Shown one piece after another: positions 55,070 through 64,000 of a stretch of 64,000 nucleotides of DNA. The notes under the pieces are model-generated. The model made no database searches, was not told where the DNA came from, and saw only the letters and a list, made by a program, of their open reading frames with translations. How positions within the stretch are numbered: position 1 is the stretch's first letter; every line of letters begins with the position of its first letter. The DNA is from Eledone cirrhosa (lineage: Eukaryota), in assembly GCA_964016885.1 (NCBI GenBank), contig OZ024742.1, positions 39,432,001-39,496,000 of the forward strand. Direction: 5' to 3'. The position numbers and the translations under genes were made by a program.

Positions 55070-56076
55070 AATGATACATGACATACCCTGAGATGTTAAA
55101 TGGTTAAGATTTAATCAAGGTAGTGATTAATCTAAGAGAAAATTTAACATTTATACCCTAATTATGAGAAAATGCGAAAACGTAATAAATTCAATAGAGA
55201 ATGTGTGAGTAAGAAAAACGTTGCTTAATGTAACAGTTATAGAGATTTTAAAATGTATGATACTACAATTTATCTAGGAAAACATCACATGAATCATAAC
55301 AGCCAGTGATAGCCCCTGGGAAAGGATTTATAGAGAGGGAAAGATAAGGGGGGGGGTGATATATGCAGAAGGAGATTTTCCCCGAAAGTTAAACGGTTAA
55401 TTTTGAAAATATTTAATTTATAATTTTAGGGTGAAGAATCAAGAGTTCGGGATTTTTTGCTGGTTATTTATATATTAGTTTTATAAATTCTATAAGTGTG
55501 TTAACATTTCTAAGCTTCTGAGTTTTATGAGGGTAACATTTAAAGGATTTAGCTGGCAAATCAAGAATGAAATTTCATACTGTTGATTATTTTCCTAAAT
55601 TTAAACTTTAACAAAGATACCAACATATTAAGTATGTAAAGCTTTTGAAGTACTTATTGTTAGAAATATTTAAATAACGATTATGTATATAGATATATAT
55701 TGATTCTTCACCCTAAAATTATAAATTAAATATTTTCAAAATTAACCGTTTAACTTTCGGGGAAAATCTCCTTCTGCATATATCACCCTCCCCCCCTTAT
55801 CTTTCCCTCCTGGTGCGATGTAGATAGGTGCGGGGATAGGATGTTATTCCTGTTCTGGAGACCAGTTGTAGAACGAGTGCTGTAGTCTGTGGCTGCAATT
55901 GATGACCGTTTCAGCCCGACTATTAATATATTAAATTAACCGATATAAAAAACACAGAAGCGAAAACCAACCAAACAGTGAGTGTGTTCTGTTATTAATT
56001 CTGGCAATATTACACAAATATGACCCTCCCCAAGTATAACAATATATATATATAGTCATTAGTTTACTGAACTCAT

Positions 56077-56148
<72 letters not shown>

Positions 56149-56697
56149 ATGAGTTCAGTAGACTAAAAGGAAAAAAAGCGCTCTATTCTAAACAGAGTTG
56201 CATGGTAACTAAGGTTCCAAATTAATTATATATTATTCATTATTTTGGGTTCACTACTTTATGTTAACACGCACTTAACTCTATGTTTCTTGTGCAGAAC
56301 GAACCACTGGAGTTGGTCGTCTACTGATGAGTAAATGAAAATAAAGATTTGTTGTCTTTGGTGAATCCACTTGATATCAAACGGAGAGATGTGTGAATGT
56401 TGTTACAAATGTATATATTTGTGCATGTATGCGTGTGTCTGTCTGTCTGTCTCTGTCTGTCTCTGTAAGTGAATGAGTGCACGGCTGAGAGTGTCTCTAC
56501 GTCTGTGTTAATGCAGGGGGTGTGTAGACTGAGAAAAGGTGCTTGTGTTGTTATTACCTTCTTAGAAAAACATGTAAATCAGACATTCTACGCGTGGACT
56601 TCAATTAATTTACCGTTTCTGGTAATGTTGATGTAGATGTCGTAGGCGTAGGGGACGTGTTTATAAATAGAGAGAGAGACATATATACATACATACA

Positions 56698-56787
<90 letters not shown>

Positions 56788-56795
56788 GATGTATG

Positions 56796-56840
<45 letters not shown>

Positions 56841-57039
56841 GCACACACACACACATATATATATATATATACCCTTTTATTATTTATTGCTTTTAATAAG
56901 TTATTGCAACATTTGGCGTTAGTGTATATGTTTTTATATATATATACATAAAAGTTACGCTCACACGCAGACTCTATCTCTCTCTCTCCAACACACACAA
57001 ACACACACACATACACACATATATATATATATATATATA

Positions 57040-57100
<61 letters not shown>

Positions 57101-57409
57101 GTTTGTCTGTCTGTGTGTGTATGAGTGTAGACATATATTATAAATACACGGGAGAAAATGATTTACTTTCGGAACACGTTTTTAATATACTACAAGTTCA
57201 CTTACTGTACTATTAAGCGTTGTTTTCATTCTGTCTTATTATACAGGCACGGATGCGCTCATTCATAGATTTCTATGTAACTGTATATCTCTTTCTATGG
57301 TATGTTATGTTTTGTTATGTATGTATGTATGTATGTATGTATGTATGTATGTATGTATGTATGTATGTATGTATGTATGTATGTATGTATGTATGTATGT
57401 GTGCATATA

Positions 57410-57640
57410 TGTATGTAAGTATGTATCTACGTATACATGTAAGTATGTATCTATGTATATATGTAAGTATGTATCTATGTATATATGTAAGTATGCATGT
57501 GTGCGTATGTATGCATGTATATATGTATGCATGCATGTATGTATGCATATATGTATGTAAGTATGTATCTATGTATATATGTAAGTATGTATCTATGTAT
57601 ATATGTAAGTATGTATCTATGTATATATGTAAGTATGCAT
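57410..57640. repeat. 24-bp minisatellite (atatgtaagtatgtatctatgtat) derived from (TATG)n
   Basis: direct reading. Confidence 0.85.
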
Positions 57641-57854
57641 GTGTGCGTATGTATGCATGTATGTATGTATGCATGCATGTATGTATATACGTATGTATGT
57701 CTTTGAGTACGTATTTACGTACTTATGTATCTATGGTCATGCCTAAGTAGATACTTGAGGATATATGTATACATATATAAACATATGAGTGTATGTACAT
57801 ATATATATATATATTATATATATATATATGTGTTTGTGTGTATATATATATGTA

Positions 57855-57933
<79 letters not shown>

Positions 57934-58016
57934 ACCACCACCCCACTCTCCAGAGCGTGAAATTAATAAACATTCGTTGTACTGCCTCTCTGTTTTGTTC
58001 CTGTTCAAATTTTTCC

Positions 58017-58121
<105 letters not shown>

Positions 58122-58504
58122 ATATCTATATACATATACATATGTAAATAGCTATACATGTATAAAGCTTGTTTTGCCTCTTAGCCATACAGCAATAGAC
58201 AGCTATATACACGCCTAGTTAGATTTACAAAGAATTAATAAATGCAAATATATTTATGAGCTGTTCTTTACTAAAATCTGTCTCTGTACGTGTGATTGTC
58301 TGTATGTATATAGCAGTGTATGTGTTTGAGTTGGCGATTACAACATTCTATGTATTCTTTGTCTCTGTGTTCTGAGTTCAAACACTGCCGAAATCCTCTT
58401 CATCTTTCAGTCTTCCGAGGTCGATAAAAAAGTACCAGTCCAGTGTCTGTGCGGTCACCTCTCGTGTCACATCATTGATAAGCGTTTGTGTTTGCTTGAG
58501 CACC

Positions 58505-58686
58505 TGGCAGTATCGGTAGAGGGTCGAACGCCGTGCTTTCCATCATAGAGTTACGCCCCTTTATGGTCTGAGTTCAAATCCCACCGAGGTTAATTATGCC
58601 TTTCATCCTTACGGGGTCGATAAAATAAAGTACCAGTAATACACTGCGATAATTACTGGCCTGGTGCCAATAGTAGAAACAATTAT
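58505..58686 (+). mobile_element. tRNA-derived SINE
   Basis: same family as 23561; an older copy lies at 58325-58445. Confidence 0.88.
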
Positions 58687-58819
58687 AAAACCTATAACGA
58701 AAGTGTAGTAAATATTACCAAGTCCTACTCGATTGTAAGTGATGGCTGTAGTTAATATAGTTGAGTGTCTGTATGTGTGGATCTATCTGTGTCTTTGGGT
58801 ATTTGTGTGTAGGCGCAAA

Positions 58820-60198
58820 TCATGAAGTCAGTCGTTTCGGATAATGAAAAAGTCAACATACTCATTGTGGACTTAGTAAGAGTGATGATGAATGTGTCTT
58901 GCATATGCGATCCTACAGAGTTAGAAAGACACATACAACATTTCATCTACTGGTTGCAGTTCTCTGGTTGCAATCAAAGAAACAGGATCAGACAATACAA
59001 AGGAGCCAGGGCTAAATGGATGAATATAATAGAAAATAATCGCTTCTACTTTTGACACAAGGCCAACAATTACTCCAGTGCATTACTGGTGCTTTTATTT
59101 TTATCAACCCCCGTAAGGTTAACCTCGGCGGGATTTGAACTCAGAACGTAAAGGGCCGTAACTCAATACTGAAAAGCATGGTGTCTGACGCTCTACCGAT
59201 ACTGTCAATTCACCACCGTATAATAGAAAATAATGTGAATGGGACTTGCCCATTTATAGGAGAAAATTGTGGAATAGGAGAGAGTGAAGAAGATAAATAA
59301 GGTTAACTTATGGTTTGACAGCAACAAATAGCCGAGTGTAATGTTCGTCAGTACCACTCCCAGAGGTGAACTAGCATAACGATTTAAAAGGGATTTAGAT
59401 AAATTGAAATTAAATATTGATATAGTAAAATAAACCCAGTTATTCCCAAGAAAGCCCTGATTAGTTGAACGTAACCTTTTAAGAAATACCCTTATTCTGA
59501 TAAAAAAACGTATAGTCCACATTAACTGTAACACTAGGAACATAGTATATAGCATAATATGTACGGAAGGACAGTGTAGGAATAGGCGCATGACATATAG
59601 TTGAGACTGCCCGTAGCATAGGAGAAATAATGAAAGAATACTGGCGATCAATCCAAGACGAGAAAAACTCATCAATACTCTATCAACATGTCAGAATGGA
59701 ACATGGGAGTTCACAAGACAACATCGAAATAAAAATTATATCTAAACATAGAACAGATGCAATGCTCTGACAGATTACAGAAACAACAAATATATATGAA
59801 CTTCGACCAAATATATAAAGACACACAAGAACAAAATTGATAAGATACATGGACAACGCCCTGCCACACACATATCTATACTCACACATGTGGAATAACA
59901 ACATCAGAATGACAACTAACTGGTGACAAAACATACACACACGGGTGTAATGCATGCACAGTCCAAGTGCATAGCTCATAAAGACAAGATGGTGCAAAAC
60001 AAAATAAAGAGGAAACACAAAGTAATAAAATTACTCACTAAAGAGGTCACAGAAGGCGTGACGAAAGAGCTTTGTCAATTGACAACTAAACAACCGTCCG
60101 GCTATTAAACTAACCGACGAAAAACTATAATAATAAATTGAAATGAAATCCAACTGGTGTGTGTGGGTTTATTGGGAACATGACCCTCCCAAAGTATG

Positions 60199-60203
<5 letters not shown>
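58820..60203 (+). mobile_element. Nematis-like PLE 3' fragment, decayed, interrupted by a SINE
   Basis: KVNIL...RVMMN, LQFSG, VMFVSTTPRGELA, CNTRNIVYSIIC...ETARSIGE; decayed hammerhead at 60033-60077 (CTAAAGA g gtcac/gtgac GAAA gagc TT). Confidence 0.7.
59041..59218 (-). mobile_element. tRNA-derived SINE with TSD
   Basis: TSD taatagaaaataat at 59027-59040 and 59221-59234. Confidence 0.85.
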
Positions 60204-60261
<58 letters not shown>

Positions 60262-60294
60262 ATAAATTAACGTTATTCCCTATATATATATATA

Positions 60295-61303
60295 CTAGCC
60301 GAATTACCCGCGCCTTGCTGCGTTTCACACTTTTGGTAAGAAAATGATGATTGATTTTAAATCAGTGATATAATTTATGGAGAAAAACTCTGCATTTCAA
60401 TATTACTCAATGTAAAATGTAATGCATGAAAAATTGGAAAACATCATTTTTTGTAATGTATCAAATCAAAATTACATTATTAAATCTTATTCTTATTTTG
60501 ATTCTAGTAAATAGTTTTTTTTTCAAATATCAATTCAAAACTTGATCATTTCATTTTTGGGTAAAGCATTATTTTCAAATTAGAAATTCAAAGTTTAATT
60601 ATTTATTTTTTAACATAATAAATACATGAAAATATATTTCATACTTTGTCCTAATGAAGAACTTCAGGGTAAACAACATTTCTTGTCTTTCTTTGATTGG
60701 TTGAAATGTAGAGAGTTTTTGAAGTTCCAGTTCTTGAAACAGCCACATAAAACATGCCATGACTGAAACATGGGTTTGTTAGATCTATACCAATAGTTTT
60801 GAAAGTTTGACGCTGACTCTTATTGATGTTCATGGCAAAGCATGGCCTCACTGGGAACTGCAGCCTCTTAAATGTAAAAGGCAATTGGCTATCATTTGGT
60901 ATAAGTGGAATCTTCGGAATGAGAAGAGCTTTACCTTTGTAAGCCCCGAATATAATGGTTTCTTCAATCAAGTTCTCATGCAATCTTGTTACAACACATC
61001 TTGTTCCATTTATTGGCCCAAATTTTCACTATAGGGGGTTTAACCCCCATTAGGGTGTCTTAATAGTATTGAGATTTGCTGAAATCTTGTGAATAGCCAT
61101 CATATCTTGTCATTTACCTATAGTTTAAATTTCATATAAATCGAAAGGAAAAGAAATTCAGCGGGGCTTTGATTAAAATACTTATCCAAAATGAAATATA
61201 CTTATCCAAGTACCCTGGGCAATGTAGTTTCAGAATATATATGGTTATGGGGGGTATATCTCCCAAACTATAGGAGGAACTACAACTTTATATATATAAA
61301 GGA
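60295..61303 (-). mobile_element. Helitron derivative retaining the PIF1-helicase C-terminus
   Basis: 5' TCctttatatatataaag, 3' GC-rich hairpin + CTAG; ORF 60651-60983 FKRLQFPVRPCFAMNINKSQ, FSHGMFYVAVSR, TRNVVYPEVL. Confidence 0.9.
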
Positions 61304-61309
61304 CTCTCT

Positions 61310-61805
61310 CCGAGCAACCTATTCAGTTCATTCAGTTAGGATGTTTATATCGGGCATGACATTTTAGCCCTGTCAAGGATTTGTAAGCAGATCGACAGAT
61401 CGTGCAAGATTGAATTTTTCTGGGTAATGTTGCTGGTATGTTTGATAATGGTATTCTCCTCCTTCTTGCTTCTTGGACTCCAGTTCTTCCGCTTCAAGGC
61501 CACTTGCTCAAATATCTCATAAGGTACCGTATTTCCCGGCGTCGAAGACGCTACTTTTTTCCTAAAATAAGTCTAAAAAATCTACCATGCGTCCTGGAGG
61601 CCGAAGGTTGTTTATTATTGTTTTTCAAATTTTTAGTTGTCAAAATTAGGGTGCGTCCTCAAGGACGAAGCGTCTTCGGTGCCGGGAAATACGGTATAAT
61701 AGTTGCTGCAAGATTACTTTTCAGCTTGTCTTTGTACCTGAGTCATGACTGTCCAACATTTCTATATCCATCATCAAGCTGGCTGTACATGAGGACTTTT
61801 AGTAT
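61310..61805 (-). mobile_element. RTE LINE 3' fragment split by a MITE
   Basis: KVLMYSQL..G.RNVG...RYKDKLKSNL / FEQVALKRKNW. Confidence 0.7.
61527..61694. mobile_element. Tc1/mariner-pogo (Tc2-like) MITE
   Basis: TIR ccgtatttcccggc / gccgggaaatacgg with TA TSD. Confidence 0.9.
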
Positions 61806-62170
61806 TAAAAGATATATATATACATAAATTGTACTAATTTTTATTTACACAACCACATGACACAGAAAAATGCATACGGACCTACACACATATTTATGTA
61901 CATACATGATAGTATATATATATGTATGTGTGCGTGTGTGTGTATGTGTATATGTTTGCTGCATGTGTGCGCGCATGAACTTGCTTCTACATGAATGAAT
62001 GGATGTATGTGCGAATGTGATTTTAATGGCTCCTTCATCCTATATGTTATTCCTGTTTACGACTATCACGCCGTACCAAATACCATTCTTATCTGTATGA
62101 AATGTAGTAATATGATACTTTGTACAACAACGTTGTCATAAACTAGACTAAAATACATAAAATAGATAAT

Positions 62171-62203
<33 letters not shown>

Positions 62204-62331
62204 TATATATAAACAAACACACACGCACACACACATATGTGTGTTTGAGTGGGTGTTTGACTTAAGTAGCATTGGATGATTTGAATTTTTCGTTGGTCAA
62301 ACATGCTTTCAGAGAAGTTGTTCTCAATATA

Positions 62332-62400
<69 letters not shown>

Positions 62401-62534
62401 GATTTACATATACATAAAGTCATAGATATATATGTGGCAACCGGTCACGTTGTGGCTCAATGAAGAATTAATAAATTAAATAATCAGAGCAATATATCTA
62501 ATAATTTATCTAATAATTCTAAGGACATGATTTA

Positions 62535-62628
<94 letters not shown>

Positions 62629-62630
62629 TA

Positions 62631-62670
<40 letters not shown>

Positions 62671-62700
62671 CTGCCCGCCGAAATGCGATTCTCGCTGAAT

Positions 62701-62766
<66 letters not shown>

Positions 62767-63090
62767 ATTCAGCGAGAATCGCATTTCGGCGGGCAGGAAA
62801 GGCGAAGCGAAACGCAAAAATAAGAAATGATATATATATATATGAAGGCTATTGCCCGATATAGGTTTGTTACTTTCATTGATTTATTACTTTAAATCGA
62901 GACAGGCAAACCATATTGTTTTAAATTAGTATTTTTTAACCTAGCTAACTTGGTCATTTGCAATTGGAACACATGTATAGTTATATCTGTGTTCATCCCT
63001 CTCATATATCCAATTGTATCACACGGCTCGGAAAGATTCCCTTCTTTGAGGTATTTAATTATAAAATACTATTTTGAGTTTCTAACTCAA

Positions 63091-63140
<50 letters not shown>

Positions 63141-63145
<5 letters not shown>

Positions 63146-63818
63146 TCAAAATAGGGAGCGCACAGGATAAAGAGAATGGGAAGGGGGGAATCAACAACAC
63201 AGAAAGATGGACAGTCCCATATCCTCAGTCACCCTCAGGAAATCACTACAGTTTCGTTGCATTAAGGTCGATACCATCATTCCAGTGTACATTGGGACAT
63301 AAGAAAACAGTTAGAGACAAGTTATGCCTTTATGCAAATTACACAAATATAGAATTCGCAAGGGCTTAGTTAAAGGATAAAAATATAGAAAGGAGAGAAA
63401 TAGTAAAACAGAAGAGAATAAGGACAGGTGTCCAACGCGTGGACTAAGAAAAGGGACACTAAGGCGTATAAAAGGTAAGAAGGGAGAATAGAGGAAATCA
63501 GGCAGGGCGGTGTGATGTCTATTATATGATACTTTAAAAAAAAACCCTCATTGCTAAGTGTATAAAAATTTAAAATGGGGAGCGCAAAGGAAAAAAACAA
63601 TGGAAAAAATGCAGAAAGACGGACAGTCCCATCTCCTCAGTCAACCTCTGGAAACCACTATGGTTTCAGCTCATTAAGGTCAATACCATTCAATCCAGTG
63701 TACGGTGGGACATAAGAAAATAGGTAGAGACAAGTTATGCCTTTAGGCAAATTACACAAATTACACAAAGAAGGACAATGAGGTGGTGTCTTTGTTATGT
63801 GCGCTCCCTATTTTGAAT
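63141..63818. mobile_element. partial tandem repeat with a short inverted end, in (TA)n
   Basis: 63148-63347 repeated at 63572-63761; ttcaaaatagggagcgcac inverted at 63798-63817. Confidence 0.6.
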
Positions 63819-63878
63819 ATATATATATATACAGTGAGTCAAGGTATCAGAAAGAAGAACGGCTGTGTGGTTTTATTA

Positions 63879-63950
<72 letters not shown>

Positions 63951-64000
63951 AGGACAGAGATGGGGGAGTGTAAAAGTGGTTTCGGCTTTTGTATTCAGAA

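Noticed and set aside
56318-56355. CTGATGA gtaaat GAAA hammerhead-like core
   Set aside because: No credible stem II or stem I pairing
63200-63232. Minus-strand CTGAGGA plus hairpin
   Set aside because: Followed by TTTC rather than GAAA

Overview
AT-rich, microsatellite-dense eukaryotic DNA with no recognisable host exon. The SINE, RTE and Penelope content suggests a cephalopod such as Octopus (inference). Most short ORFs in the track are (TA)n/(CA)n/(TATG)n artefacts. Protein-coding remnants are all mobile elements: two frameshifted Neptune-type Penelope-like elements (PLEs; RT + C-terminal GIY-YIG), several Hydra-type PLE fragments (CxCx5Cx5C linker), a Nematis-like PLE fragment, a near full-length Tx1-clade LINE inserted in an (ATT)n tract, RTE, R4/Dong and Gypsy relics, and a Helitron derivative. 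There are also MITEs and tRNA-derived SINEs. The main hidden signal is about 20 recognisable (plus about 4 decayed) minimal type I hammerhead ribozyme motifs from about 9 PLE terminal-repeat families, folded by eye. Two families carry non-canonical cores in every copy (U3-A8 and A4). Many of these PLE ends form two-armed insertions whose 3' ends point outward and join (TA)n at internal TATA/ATAT microhomologies. A tRNA-headed SINE shows the same architecture. Coordinates of degenerate elements are approximate.
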